Source of the DNA: Podarcis melisellensis
Taxonomy: Eukaryota
DNA length: 64,000 bases
Assembly (NCBI GenBank): GCA_964234715.1
Contig: OZ174282.1
Strand: one strand, 5' to 3'
The translations under genes and the position numbers were made by a program. Below, piece by piece: positions 52,401 to 64,000 of the stretch (its first letter is position 1; every line of letters starts with the position of its first letter). The notes beneath the pieces were generated by a model, which saw only the letters and a list, made by a program, of their open reading frames with translations, was not told the DNA's origin and ran no database searches.

Positions 52401-55400
52401 CCTTGAACAGCCTCCCCTTTCTGCTTTTTGAACTGCTTTTCTGAATTGCTGTCACTTCCCAGCACATTGCCAACTACATCTGTGGGATCCAGACCATTGG
52501 GCACCGAGTGATCGTCTCAGATGTCCAGGAGAGCTTCATCTGGGTGCGCTACAAGAGGAACGAGAACCAGCTGATCATTTTTGCAGATGACACCCACCCC
52601 CGCTGGGTCACCACTGCCTGCCTCCTCGACTATGACACAGTGGCTGGGGCTGACAAGTTTGGCAACATCTGTGTGGTGAGTCAGCCTGAAGGCAGCCAGG
52701 AAACTCCTGGGGCTCATTTGAGAACTGTCCTGCTCTCGTTTTGATTCCCTGATGTGGGAGATGCCAGTGAAACCCCAGCCTTTTGCTAAGCACCATTTAG
52801 CTGGTGGCCTGAGACCTTTCTCCTGCACTCACACACTGCTGTCATGGGCGGTGGCAACTTCCTCTGGACACTCTTCTGCCAAAGTGCACACCTTGTGACT
52901 GTTCTGTTAATGGAGACATATGCTTGGTTGCTCTCCTTTTGTGGCTTGGATCACACATCACAGTCAGCCCACAGCTAAAAACAAGACTGTGGATTTATGT
53001 GGTTGTGTTGGTGCATGCTGCTGAAAAGTTCTTGCTTTGCTCCTCTCCTACTACTGCTGCTGCGGCGGCTTGTTGTGACTTCCAGACCTCATCCTGTTGG
53101 TTTGTTTGCTTCCAACAAGCACAAGCAATGAGTCAAGAACAAACCTTGGCTAACTCTCATGGTTTGTTGGGGGAGAAACATGCTGTGAACCCAGGTTGGG
53201 GCACTCACTGTGGTTTGATGTGACATGCAGAGTGTTTGCTTGTTTGGGCTTTTCTGAATTCATGCTTACAACACCTTCTAGTTATTTCCATTTGCCACTG
53301 AGGCCACGCGTGAGTTTGACTCTCTTGATGCCTCCTCCTGTAGGTGCGGCTGCCACCCAACACAAATGATGAGGTAGACGAGGACCCAACTGGAAACAAG
53401 GCATTGTGGGATAGAGGCCTTCTTAATGGGGCTTCTCAAAAGGTAACTTTGGTGTAGGGAAGGGGGTGCTTCCTCAGGTGAGAAACTGGAGGCTCTTTCT
53501 AGTTCTCTGGTTATTTATTAACTTCATTACCTGCTTATTTCTGGAACTGGCAACTTCCTTTTTAAGAATATATAAATCTACTGATAAAAAACATGTTAGA
53601 GTGATTTTTTTTTTAAAGCCAGAGTATCCCTATGGAATTAATAACATAACTGTCTGCCTGTTGGAGCCTGAAACGGCTTTTGAAATTAACTTCTGTGTCT
53701 ATGTAAATGCAATGTGGAGCAGAGTTAAACCCCTGCATAGAGTGAAATTGTACTCATGTGGTCAAGCAGGTGCCTTTGGAGCTTTGTAATTAGGGTTGTT
53801 TGTAGTTGTTTTTCGTGCACAAATAATGGAGATTTTTAAAAAGTTCACAGAAAAAATCTCTTCGGTGTTATTGAAATGCTGTAACATGATACAGGCAAAA
53901 CTTTTGTGATTTCCCCCTACTCTGCTTTGAGAAGTTCCTGGGGAGAGGAGGGACAGTTTCCCTTTCCAATAGGGGAACATTGGACCCCTGTTAGTTAAAT
54001 GAAACTTGAAACAGAATGGGGGAGAAACAACCCAGGACAACTGACCCCATGCAATTGTTGAGCCAGTATAGGGAGTATGAAGTGATTCAGGTTTGCTTAA
54101 TTAATTAATTTATTTTTGCAAATATTTGAAATGCCTTCTGAGGTTCATAGCACCCCTTCTGAGGTTCATAGCAAATTTTAAGACATATTTCAACAGTCCT
54201 CCTGTTTTAGGGGGGGATAATTTAATTGACACTGCATTTTAGAAATGTGAAATACTGTCCTAATGAAATACTGTGCTCATAATGGAAGGGGTCCAATGTA
54301 CTCCAGTAGCCTAATAGCACCTCCCTCCCCAAGCATTACACATAGAAAATCACTGTTGCAAGTTTGCATTATAAGTGTGTTTAGAAATGTCCTCACCAAC
54401 CACTGGAAGTGATAAATGTAGGTTTTCTTTGATGAAAATGAGATTGTCTGGATTTAATGCATTATCTTAGGTCACCTGCTGAAGTCTTGCTTGTCTTCCT
54501 TTCAGGCAGAGGTGATTATGAACTACCATGTAGGGGAAACAGTCCTGTCCCTGCAGAAGACAACTCTAATCCCCGGAGGCTCTGAATCTCTGGTCTATAC
54601 GACCTTATCTGGGGGCATTGGCATTCTGGTCCCGTTTACATCACATGAGGTAGGAAGTTCTTGTATGATGGAAATATTAAGAGTTGTTCATCTACATAGT
54701 GCAGCAGGAGCACTTAATGCCCTGCAGTAGTGACAGTGAGTTATGGGAGGATGGAAGACAAAGCTGAAAGGGTGGGGAGGCTATGCCACTCCCTGCCCAC
54801 AGTTGGCCTCTTGGCTCTTCCTTGTGTGGATCAGAAATGGATCTGCTTTAATGAGCTGCCCATGGCTCTCTTTGCTCTCTGTATGTCTCCCCCCCCCCCC
54901 AGTGCATACACTGATATCTGGCAATATAATGTACCCTGAAAACCTTTGCTGACACAGGTGACGCCCACATTTGCCAGTTGGCTCTGCCCATGAGGCATGA
55001 CTGAAATTTTATTGCATGACAGAATGAAGCAGAGCTAAAAAGGACTCACGGAAATTTTGGCATTTGGTTGCCCAAGGTACAAATGGGCTGGGCTACTCGT
55101 TAGAAGCGTCTGTCCAAGGAAAGGACTGGGTGACATATTTTACAGGAATATATGGCCCCCGCTCTGACTCACCCTCACAAGTTTACTATACTCAGTTGTT
55201 ATAATTGCCAGAATGGCCAGACATCACGCCCAATCATAAACCAATTAGCCAATAAAGCTCTAGGAGAAGACATGATCCCAGTGGAGATTTATAAGACCGG
55301 ATTTCTGGTCGCCCATTTTTGCAAAACAGTTTTCATATATTAACAGCTCAGGTTACATACCGGAAGGGTGGAAGCTGAGTATAATTGCCCCAATATACAA

Positions 55401-57250
55401 AAAGGGTGATTAGAAAAATCCTGCCAGGTATAGACCCATTAGTTTGTTAGATGTAGCCTCTAAACTATATGCCAGGCTCCTCCTTGGGAGACTGGATGAA
55501 TGGGCAGATACAAATAAGGTAATATCTGAAGTCCAGGCCGGTTTCCGAAGAGGGAAATCCACATTGGACCAGTGCTTTGTTATGCACTTTCTGCTATGTA
55601 AATAAATCCTTCCCCAAAATGATGCATGCCAGCCTGCAGATGGCTCACTCTCTCTAGGACAGGGGTCAGCAATCTTTTTTAGCTGTGGGCCGGTCCACCG
55701 TCTCTCAGACCATGTGGTGGGCTGGACTATATTTTGAAAAAAAAACCTGAACCAATTCCTATGCCCCACAAATAACCCAGAGAGGCATTTTAAATAACAG
55801 CAGCCATTCTACTCATGTAAAAACACTCTGATTCCCGGACCGTCCACAGGCCAGATTGAGAAGACGATTGGTCCGCATCCGACCGCTGGGCCTGAGGTTG
55901 CCTACCCCTGCTCTAGGAGGTTTGTTCAGGTGGCGTGTTGTCAACCAGTGTACCAATCACAGCTGCTCCTCTTTTCAGTGCTGGCCTGACACTGCTGCTT
56001 CCAGCTGTTTTCCTTTCCCTTTGATGGCGCTCTCTCTTTTCAGGATCATGACTTCTTCCAACATGTTGAGATGCATCTGAGGTCTGAACACCCTCCTCTC
56101 TGTGGACGAGACCACCTCAGCTTCCGCTCCTATTACTTCCCAGTGAAGGTAGGCTGAGTTTGTGGGTCTCTGCTACATGTCCATCATATGCTAGTAAGCA
56201 CTTGAACTCTGCTCATGGGTAAAAGTTGCCAATGTGAAGGCCAAATTTCCCCCTGCATTTTATGCTTGGTCACAGCATCTGCTGAGGTTGCTGGAATGGC
56301 TTTTCCAGGACAGGATTCTGCTTGCTAAGAAGGGTAATCAGCAATGGGGCCTATATGTCTATGTGATTCTCTGACTTTTTCTTTTTCACCATCTGGGTGG
56401 TTTGTCTGAACGGACGTTTATCTTTTCTAAGTGATATGTATTGATTTCAAGCCCCGATTCCCTATTGCAGTTCTCCCTGGTGATGGTAGCATCCTGTTAG
56501 AACTGACCTAGGTATCAAGGTGGGTCTACTTTTTTCTTTGGAAACCACGTGTTTCTCTTGGGTCACCTGTACATCATGGATAGGGCAGCACTGTCCATTG
56601 TGTCAGAATTTGGTTTCTGCCCCCCCCCCCATATGAATCTGCATTTCAGGAAATGATTCTGTGACAATGAGGAGTCATGCAGCAGGTTATTTTTGCATTA
56701 GCACGGTTAAGTCTTCATTTCCAGACTTGCAGCATTATCAGTGTAGCTCTAAAGCTGCAAGTTCACCACATGCCAAGCCCTGGGGTGATCTTGAGCAAGA
56801 AAGATAGTTCGAGTTTGTTTGTTTTTTGCTGGAGTTTTCTAGTTTTTTGTGGCCCCCCCCCAATCCCATGGACTTGTGGACACCTGCATTTTTCACTTTT
56901 AGGCAAATGTCTGCTGAATACCTGTACTTTTTTAAAGAGAGAATTTGCTTTTATTCATTCTGACTCTTGTGGAGAATCTTAGGGCCTCTTAGACAAGCCT
57001 CTTGTTCTGTGTGCTTTGGGTCTGCTTTCTGTGCTTGAGCCCATTCCCTCCTTCGTTCCATGGGCTGCAGCTTCTAAAATAGCCTCCCACCCTTTCTTTC
57101 TCTTGCTAGAATGTCATTGATGGGGATCTGTGTGAGCAGTTCAACTCCATGGAGCCCAACAAGCAGAAGAACGTGTCTGAAGAGCTGGACAGGACCCCAC
57201 CAGAGGTGTCCAAGAAGCTGGAGGACATCCGCACCCGCTATGCTTTCTGA
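28500..57250 (+). CDS. SF3B3: Splicing factor 3B subunit 3 (SAP130); 25 coding exons, 3654 nt, 1217 aa
   Basis: Coding exons: 28500-28569, 29153-29479, 30622-30794, 31950-32091, 32777-32889, 34544-34681, 34845-34948, 35745-35910, 37490-37585, 38146-38218, 43751-43902, 44708-44863, 45293-45448, 46459-46602, 47206-47328, 48029-48183, 49117-49291, 49816-50021, 50486-50642, 51444-51569, 52463-52675, 53344-53442, 54506-54649, 56044-56148, 57110-57250. All introns are GT-AG and phases are consistent. The protein starts [24 protein letters not shown] and ends [14 protein letters not shown]. Length equals the known 1217-aa vertebrate protein. Confidence 0.99.
30009..30085 (+). ncRNA. SNORD111B: Box C/D snoRNA, SNORD111 family (copy in SF3B3 intron 29480-30621; SNORD111B-like position)
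   Basis: Terminal stem CCTGA/TCAGG, C box GTGATGA 30015-30021, guide TCATGTCTCTTC before D' box CTGA 30043-30046, C'-like TGGAGA, D box CTGA 30077-30080. SNORD111/111B are known to be hosted in SF3B3 introns, and the guide is complementary to 28S rRNA GAAGAGACAUGA. The 111 versus 111B label is assigned by position only. Confidence 0.92.
33773..33842 (+). ncRNA. SNORD111: Box C/D snoRNA, SNORD111 family (copy in SF3B3 intron 32890-34543)
   Basis: Terminal stem GCTTGA/TCAAGC, C box GTGATGA 33780-33786, guide ATGTCTCTTC before D' CTGA 33802-33805, C'-like TGGAGA, D box CTGA 33833-33836. Shares guide and boxes with the copy at 30009. Confidence 0.9.
35364..35549. mobile_element. hAT MITE
   Basis: Ends CAGGGCTAGTCAACC...GGTTCACAACTCCTG; perfect 8-bp TSD AGATAGAC at 35356-35363 and 35550-35557. 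Confidence 0.85.
36745..37152 (+). mobile_element. L1-clade LINE 3' end (ORF2 C-terminus, 3' UTR, A-rich tail)
   Basis: Frameshifted [49 protein letters not shown], then a GT-rich 3' UTR and A-rich end. Confidence 0.65.
37703..37831. mobile_element. Short hAT MITE (ACTACAA.TCCCA-bearing family)
   Basis: Perfect 15-bp TIR CAGGCATAGGCAAAC; 8-bp TSD AGCTAGAA/GGCTAGAA (7/8 identical). Degenerate relatives near 555-680, 6230-6320, 45965-46090, 51995-52115, 58300-58380 and 61900-62015. Confidence 0.85.
49520..49780 (+). mobile_element. CR1 LINE 3' fragment
   Basis: gcagtgatggccaccaatttggatggctttaaaagagcattaaacaacttca (ORF2 end [17 protein letters not shown]), followed by a 3' UTR with ggccactgtgagaacaggatgctg. 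Confidence 0.7.
55030..55605 (+). mobile_element. Internal reverse-transcriptase fragment of a non-LTR retrotransposon (degenerate)
   Basis: The frame from 55321 reads [50 protein letters not shown]...[17 protein letters not shown], i.e. LINE RT N-terminal motifs (YRPISLL, QAGFR). Upstream [14 protein letters not shown] is in another frame. Confidence 0.88.
55660..55910. mobile_element. hAT (Charlie-like) MITE
   Basis: Ends CAGGGGTCAGCAA...TTGCCTACCCCTG; perfect 8-bp TSD CTCTAGGA at 55652-55659 and 55911-55918. Confidence 0.9.
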
Positions 57251-57783
57251 GAGGCGCCTTTTCAGGGACGTGGCTGGGATTCCTGTTCCAAAGATGTTTT
57301 GAAGGGTATGAGCTTTTTTGGCCAGTTGCTCCCACTTTGGTACTCTTGTTTTCTTCCAGCGACTTGAAAGTCCAACCATGTCATCAACCTGTTCTGTCCA
57401 TGCTGTTCCAGGAGTCAGTCAGGTTCTCCCAAGTGGCGAGGCCTCCCCTTTCAGGTGTGTTTCTGGCTCCACCCTTTTATAGACAGTTTGGGTGCTGCAC
57501 CCACTACCAGCCTGCCCTTGGACAAGGCCCTGATGCCCTTTCCTTGTCAAGTGAGCTAGCTAGATGAAGTCCCCTTTTCTGAGTTGGTAAGATCTGAGCA
57601 CAGGGACGTTAGGGCTCCTCCTCTTCCATTGGCCAGTGTCTGGGAAGCCTTGTGGGCGTGGCTGGTGTAATTTTTCCATCCTGCAGTTTTTATCTCTGTG
57701 TTTGTAAATAGAGTCTTGTACCAAGTTAGCCTTTTGTCTGCTGAAGAGATGGCCTGTGTGATTCTGGCCATAGATTTTTCTTT

Positions 57784-57808
57784 AATAAAACCCAGCATCT
57801 GGATTAAA
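57784..57808 (+). terminator. SF3B3 polyadenylation signals
   Basis: AATAAA 57784-57789 and ATTAAA 57803-57808, ~535 nt after the stop, followed by GT-rich sequence. Confidence 0.7.
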
Positions 57809-58437
57809 GGTTGGCTGACAAACCTGTTTGGTGACTTCTCTCATGAATTTTACCTGCTCCTGGGGACATGAGCTAGGGAGGAGCTCTGTCAATGGCACAT
57901 TAAATTCATGGGAGGATCAATCTTGTCATTCATTTTAAAATGCACTTCTTACCCTTTTGGCTGCAGAGGAAAGCCGCGTTTCCCTGCACTTGCAGTGTCT
58001 AGTATTAGGCTCTGTATTTCTCTAGAGATCTTACTCTCCATTTACTCTGCTGTGGAAGACTTGTTCAGCCCTCTCAGCTGTCCTAAGGAGGTTTATACTT
58101 AAGTTCTGGAATTGTCTCCCAACCTACCCTACCCCTTCAGAGAAGATAACGTTGCTGTTATGTTTACTTTCCTCAAAAGCAAACCTTTTGCACTCCCTCC
58201 CTCCGAGCCATTCTTCGGGCTGCATTACATGTGAATGATCTCTTTGTTTCTATGGTGGGCTGACTACTTGTTTTAATTGTAATATATGGGTTTGATTCAC
58301 CCGAGTCAGCCTGGCCCAATAGTCAGGGATAATGGGAGCTGTTTGCAAATATTTGGAGGGCACAGGTTCCTGACCTCTGGAGGACAGTGCAGATGTCTAT
58401 GGAACTTGTGACTGGCTGCAGCTCCTAAACACAGATA

Positions 58438-58795
58438 CAGTGGTGCCCCGCAAGACGAACGCCTCGCAAGACGAAAAACCCGCTAGACGAAAGGGTTTTC
58501 CGTTTTGGAGGCGCTTCGTAAAACGAATTCCCCTATGGGGTTGCTTCGCAAGACGAAAAAAATCTTGCATCCCCCCCCGCGGTTTTTTTCCGCTTTTTCC
58601 GCCCTTTTCTTAAGCCGCTAAGCCGCTTATCAGCTGTTCCGCTGATAAGCCGCTTAACAGCTGATCGCTGGAAGCCGCTTGACAGCTGTAGCGCTAATCC
58701 GCTAAGCTGTCAATGGGCTTGCTTCGCAAGACGAAAAAACCGCTATACGAAGAGCCTCATGGAACGGATTAATTTCGTCTTGCGAGTCACCACTG
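58438..58795. mobile_element. Tc1/mariner-superfamily (pogo/Tigger-like) MITE
   Basis: 22-bp TIRs CAGTGGTG(C/A)C(C/T)CGCAAGACGAA, TA duplications at 58436-58437 and 58796-58797, no ORF, CpG-rich. Confidence 0.9.
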
Positions 58796-59824
58796 TATTT
58801 GCTTGAAGAGATACAAATGCCCTTCAGATATTATGGGGACCAGATGTTTAGTTCAAAATGTGCTGGCTGCTGAGAGATCAGTGTCTGGTTTTAATAGTCG
58901 TGAGCTCACTTTTAGTTGAGGTCCAGCTAGAAATACAGTGGAACTGGCAGCACTGCCCCTTGGTGGAATGGGCACTTGCCGGATCAGGCTACAGAGAACT
59001 TATGAGCAGTATTTTATTTAAGCCCAAAGCCAGGTGATTTCAGATCTACAAATTGGGCCAGGCTTTCTGGGCCTTTTTCAAAAGTTTCCTGGTGCTTTGG
59101 GTTGCTTTTGTTTCAAATGTCTTCACTGAACAATTACTTTAAAGGACTATTTCTCCTTCCATGTATGGATGTGGGAGTTCTGGATTGGATATCCTCCATT
59201 TCAGAAGTAGAACTAAACAAATTCTCTTGTCAGCTGAAAATCTCTTTCGGCTAGGCTCTGACATGCTGTGTCAAACTGCCACACTGGACCTTCTCTGGCT
59301 CCAAGAAAAGGAGAGCCCATCCCATCAGAAGGGAGCCAGTAGCCAGTGAGGGATTGCGGAAAAGGGAGTAATCTGTGTCTGGTGGGAGGGTCTTGATGTG
59401 AAGGGCAACTGTCAGTGACAAAGACTGTGGTTGAAGCTTGCTGTGGGGAAGAACTATCTTCTATGCTGCTATAGTGGAAGCTACAGAAATAGTACCCCTC
59501 AGACTTCACCCCTGTTACTTCTCCACATACACAAGCAGGCACACTTGGATACTAAGCAGCTCTTTAGATTCTATGGGCATGGAAATGCTGGTTTCCTGCT
59601 ACAAGGTGTTGGAAATATGCAAATGGCTGTGAGAAGAGGGTTGGGGATTGATGCACTGGCTGGTACTGAAATCAGCAAAGCCCAGCTCCTTTCTCCTAGT
59701 CCAGGGGCTGGGGCTTTAGAGCAACAGCATTAGAAAAAGGCAGGCCCCAGAAGGCTAAAAAACAACAACACATGCTTATTGCTTTCCATGTGAGAAGATA
59801 CAGAGGGACGCAGCTATTGATTGC

Positions 59825-59985
59825 TACTTCCACTGTTGGAGGCAGTGTGCTTCTTAATACCAGTTGCTGGGAATCACATGAGGAGTTTCTATTGTGCTCT
59901 GCCTTTGAGTTTCCTACAGGCATCTGGTTTGTCTCTGCCAGAGCGGTATGGGTCTTTGCTACAATCCAGCAGGCTCTTATGCTCG
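59825..59985 (+). mobile_element. Degraded CR1 3' UTR fragment
   Basis: ggaggcagtgtgcttcttaataccagttgctgggaatc...aggcatctggtt...atccagcaggctcttatg, similar to the 49520 copy. Confidence 0.5.
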
Positions 59986-61349
59986 TCTGAAATACACCTT
60001 AAGACATCTCTGTTAAGAACCCCTACTAGGCTAGAACTATAGAAGCTGGTGCTTTGTTTTAAAAAAATACACTTACCTTTCGATTTCTGTAACCATAAAT
60101 TCAGAATTGGAATGGCTGGGACAAATGTGTGTTAGCATTTGTGTTGTGATTCCAGGAGGGTTACAGGTAGGAAAACCACCTGTGGATGTTGTGTGCCTGG
60201 CTGAAGAAACAACTGCTTTCTTCCTCTTATGCGTAGGAGAGTAAGAATGGGTGGGATGGGGTGGGAGGAACCAATTTGCGTTAATTACAGTACAACTTTT
60301 ATTAATACTGGAATCTTCACAGTGCATTCGTTACTTGTAGCAGTGACTATTTTAAATGAAGGGAGAGGATAATTAACTTTAAGAATGAAAGAGGGTGGGT
60401 GGGTAAGGCCAGGGCTGCTAGCAAAAGGGGGGGGTAGGGAAAATAAATTAGAAAAAAAGAACAAGTTAACAGCACCAGAATAGTTAACATCAGTTGAGAG
60501 AGACATTTTAAAGGGTTTTTTTCCTCTGTACAAAAAAATAAAATAAAAATAAAAAGCAAAATGCAAACATTTCTCACGCATTGTCACTGTTGTCATTTCT
60601 GGCCATGACAGGGAGGAGGGGGGCACCCACAGGAAGGTTGGTTGGTTAGAAACTAAACTGTTATTACTACGACAGTATAAGAGTTAAGGAGGCTACAACG
60701 TGACACCCACGCAAGCGCACATAAGACGTCTGGGCTGTGGGGAGGGTGGAGGGGACTGCTGTGGCTCTATGTACAACAACGACAACACCAGGCCCTGCTG
60801 TGCCTTGCAGGAGCTAAGGATGGGGAGACGGGGAGGATCCAGCAAGAGGGAGCAGGCGCAGTTGTGCTTTCTCAGAGGCTTCTAGGCTCCCCAGCCCTTG
60901 CAAGGGGCCTTGAGTTGGCTGGTTTGTATTCACCACCGCTGTGCTTTGCTTGTGCCTCACCACACAGCACTCAACGCTGTCCACAGCTGTGCTCTCTCTC
61001 TACTTTAGAAAGGGTTGTTGACCACCATGCTGCTGCTATGAGAAATGTGGTGGTATCTCTCTTGGAATAATTGTCACAAGCCCATCTTTCATTTTTTTCT
61101 TTGCATGGGCAAGCTCTGTACTCGAATGCCTGGCCAGTCCAACGACAAAGGAAGCCCCTAATGTCTAGCGTGGGCTCTGCCTCCCCCACTTAGCCACCCC
61201 ATATGTGCTACATCTGTGCTGTTCAGTGATCCTTGGATACTCAACAATCCCAGGAGAGGAAAGCAAGACATGCTCAATTCTTGAGCCCAACAAACACAAA
61301 AGGTGGAGGTTATGCAGCAGGGGCCGTTTAATGGCCCCTCATTTGTTGA

Positions 61350-61483
61350 GGAAGCTTGATCTGTAAAGCATGAGACTCTTAACCCAGGTCCAGGCCCCAT
61401 GTTGGACAAAAGATTTCTGTATTGCAAAGGGTTGGACTGGATGACCCTCATTGTTCCTTCCAACTCTACAATTCTCTGATTCC
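61350..61483 (+). mobile_element. tRNA-Lys-derived SINE (same family as 3495-3636)
   Basis: gcatgagactcttaacccagg...ccccatgttggac...gggttggactggatgaccctc...ccttccaactctacaattctctgattc. Confidence 0.7.
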
Positions 61484-62640
61484 TTCCTAGTCAAAGCACA
61501 GGGAAAGGCGTCTCCCTCTTTCCCCCTCACTTTAGACCACCTTAATTCCCAGCCACTGACTTTCCCCATCACTTTCTCTTTCTTTCAATACTGTCCCCTT
61601 TCCCAACATCACTTTCCATTTGCCAACAGAGCCGATTTCTAGACTTTCTGGGACAATATCAGGGTGAGCACAAGGTAGATCCAAGTCTCTTGCACTCTCC
61701 AGATCTGGGTATAAGATTACGTAACTAATATAAATAAACTCAATGAATTTATCCAAACCCTTAAGTTGTTTCTGCGGGGCAAATTCTTCTGTTCCAAATT
61801 TGGGGGGGGGGCAGGTGGAAGTAAGCAAAACAGCTTAAAAAGTTGATAGGCACTATTTGTATTTATGTTCCTTCTGACTACCTGGCTTGCGTGCCCTAAA
61901 TTCCAGCCCTGCTGAACTCTTAACTCCCATCAGGCCCAGAAACCAGCCTAGCCCATGGTCAGCATCGATGGGAGTCTTAATAACATTGGAAGGTGAAAAG
62001 TTATCCATCCCTGGCCTAAAACAGTGAGAAATGTGGATATTCTTACAGCAGCTGCATGGCCCAAGCTGGAGCTTCTGGCTGGGAGCTGCAATCCAACTCA
62101 TGCTCCTTCAGCTCCAAGCACAAAGGAAGAAGCTGTGCTGAATATTCATTTGGTTATAGATCTGGAGGCCAAAACCAGAACAAGGGAGCTGGTCTGTTTC
62201 TGTAAATCCCCTCTGCCCCCATTTTTAAAGCCTGCTTGTGGCAATTCTTTCCTCACTTTCTGCTGGGACTCTAATTTCTTGAGCAGGTCAGGGTGAATCG
62301 GGGAATCGTACCATGAATGCGATGTGGTTGACCGTATAGCAGATCTGGCTAAGCAGCAGCAACATCGCCAAAGGTAAACGAACCAACCAAGAGGGTTGGT
62401 TCAGCTATTTCCCTCTCTGCAGATACTTTTAGCCCCTTTCAAAGTATCCACCCAATATTGACAAAATGGGGCCCCTTTTGATGCTGTTAGAAGAGGCACC
62501 CTGCCACACACTCACAGGCTTAGTCATAACCATACCCATACTTGGCCAAAACAGGCTCACATTGGAAAAGGCAGAGGACACTGCCCCAGACCCAGCACTC
62601 CGCCTAACACTGCTTGGCAGCAGCCTCCCACAACACAACA

Positions 62641-62728
62641 AAGATCTTTCCTATTATCTGGAGATGCCAACAGTTGAACCTGGGACCTTCTACATGCCAA
62701 GCAGGTGCTCTACCACTCTGCTACAGCC
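62641..62728 (-). mobile_element. tRNA-derived SINE head (same family as 1754-1933)
   Basis: Reverse complement reads ggctgtagcagagtggtagagcacctgcttggcatgtagaaggtcccaggttcaa...ggcatctccag. Confidence 0.65.
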
Positions 62729-63444
62729 TTTCCAGTGACACCAGAACCTGTGAGCATCAGTTTAACAACCTTTGGCCTTGCCAGATGGTTGTAGGAGAAT
62801 TCAAGAGCAGACACCCTTGGTCTTTGCACACACCCTGCACACACACCTCTACGGCCCTCAATTACCAAAGTCCTCCACTACCATCCACAAAAAGACTTCT
62901 TTTGCCCCTATATCCACTTAGCTACAGCTATTCCAGAGCAACAGCCATCCACCTTCACCTTTCCATCACTACCAATTCTGCTCCCTCCCACCCACCTTCA
63001 AGGGAGAACCATGGCCACTGCTCTTATCAAAAGGTTCAAGCCTAGTGCTGAAGTGGCACTGAGGGCAGATCAACAGCAGCCCAACCCTCAGCCTCTCAGA
63101 TTACAGAGCTCCTACCCCACTTGGGACGAGAGCGCAATCCTCTTCCTGAATATAACCAACCTGCCCACTCTGCTCCCAGTAGAGCCACGGAGGAAACGGA
63201 GGCCGATAAATCTGTGGCTGTGACTCAACCTCTTGTTGGGGGGGATTGGGCCCTCCTGCCTGGTGACATGCCTGCAGGTTGTCCACTCCCTGCCCCTTGC
63301 ACCCTCTCCTCCAGCTGCACATTTGGGATCCACCTAGGAACACGAGAGGCTTCCGGGATTGTTCACGGGGGTGTTAACTGCTGCTTGTAAAGTCTTTCTT
63401 GAAGTAGCTGATACAAACAGATGGCAAACAGAAAATAACTGGAA

Positions 63445-63445
<1 letters not shown>

Positions 63446-63474
<29 letters not shown>
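63446..63474. repeat. (AGAC)n microsatellite
   Basis: agacagacaaacagacagacagacagacag. Confidence 0.75.
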
Positions 63475-63475
<1 letters not shown>

Positions 63476-64000
63476 GAGCTGTGAAGGGAGGATTCAGCAC
63501 AGGACTAACAGTGCATTTTTTTTGTCCGGAGGAGGTGGGTGCTCTCTAGGAACGGCAGCCTCCATTTCTTTGCCATGTGCAAGTGTGTCGGGGCGTGTGT
63601 GTGTAGTTTATACTAAGAACACTGTAGTTGCTAGATCCAGTTCAGGTTTTCACTCCTTCCTGACAATCATGGAGCAAGGGAATGGCCTCCCTCCTTGTGG
63701 CGGCAGCAGCAGCAACCGGTCTCTCTGCAGGCCAGGATGAAGGAAGGTGCAGGAGGGGAAAGGAAACCTGGGCAGGGCAGCAGATGGAAAAACAATGTGT
63801 ATAAAAGAGGCTCCAAAACCAGTTCAGTGCCAGGCTGTGCCTGTGCAGGTTTGTTAGCAAAGGCGTATAGATTAGTCTCCTTTATATCTAGACTCTGACA
63901 CGATCTCCATAAAGTGGCTTTGCCTTTTGTGGTTCGTTTACTTCTCTTCCATTTCCCCTGGTTTAGTCCTGACTCTGGTTGCTCTCCAGCCACCGGGTGG

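Larger units (their letters stand above)
60281..64000 (-). other. Probable long 3' UTR / terminal exon of an unidentified minus-strand gene (MTSS2 by mammalian synteny, not confirmed)
   Basis: Minus-strand AATAAA at 60303-60298, preceded by U-rich tracts and TGTA motifs (60600-60300). No coding exon was recognised within the window. The identity is inference only. Confidence 0.45.

Noticed and set aside
54134-54173. 19-bp tandem duplication CCTTCTGAGGTTCATAGCA (similar small duplications at ~5711 and ~34706)
   Set aside because: Only two copies; ordinary slippage duplication, not an array or CRISPR-like structure.
59560-59632. Peptide EMLVSCYKVLEI as an IL34 remnant (cf. LLDNCFRVMEL)
   Set aside because: The resemblance is short, the flanking residues do not match and there are no supporting splice sites. 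Likely chance.

Overview
Eukaryotic (vertebrate) genomic DNA, most likely a squamate lizard judging by a full-length Sauria-type SINE and lizard-type CR1/L1/hAT repeats. The six-frame ORF track is mostly noise because the genes are spliced. Reading exons by hand gives three genes. (1) The last 8 coding exons of FCSK (fucose kinase, + strand, 732-7509). (2) A complete 19-exon COG4 (- strand, 26047-8391, 786 aa), tail-to-tail with FCSK. (3) A complete SF3B3 (+ strand, 25 coding exons, 28500-57250, 1217 aa), head-to-head with COG4 across a CpG-island promoter and hosting two SNORD111-family box C/D snoRNAs. From about 60.3 kb to the window end lies what looks like the 3' UTR of an unidentified minus-strand gene. 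No IL34 exons are visible between it and SF3B3, although mammals have IL34 there. The most interesting non-annotated signals are a candidate poison/decoy-exon and RNA-hairpin cluster in the largest SF3B3 intron (a possible autoregulatory AS-NMD module), a ~380-bp near-perfect palindrome flanked by a 14-bp direct repeat in an FCSK intron, interdigitated FCSK/COG4 polyadenylation signals, and several young MITE/SINE insertions with intact target-site duplications. No wholly new gene system is evident.
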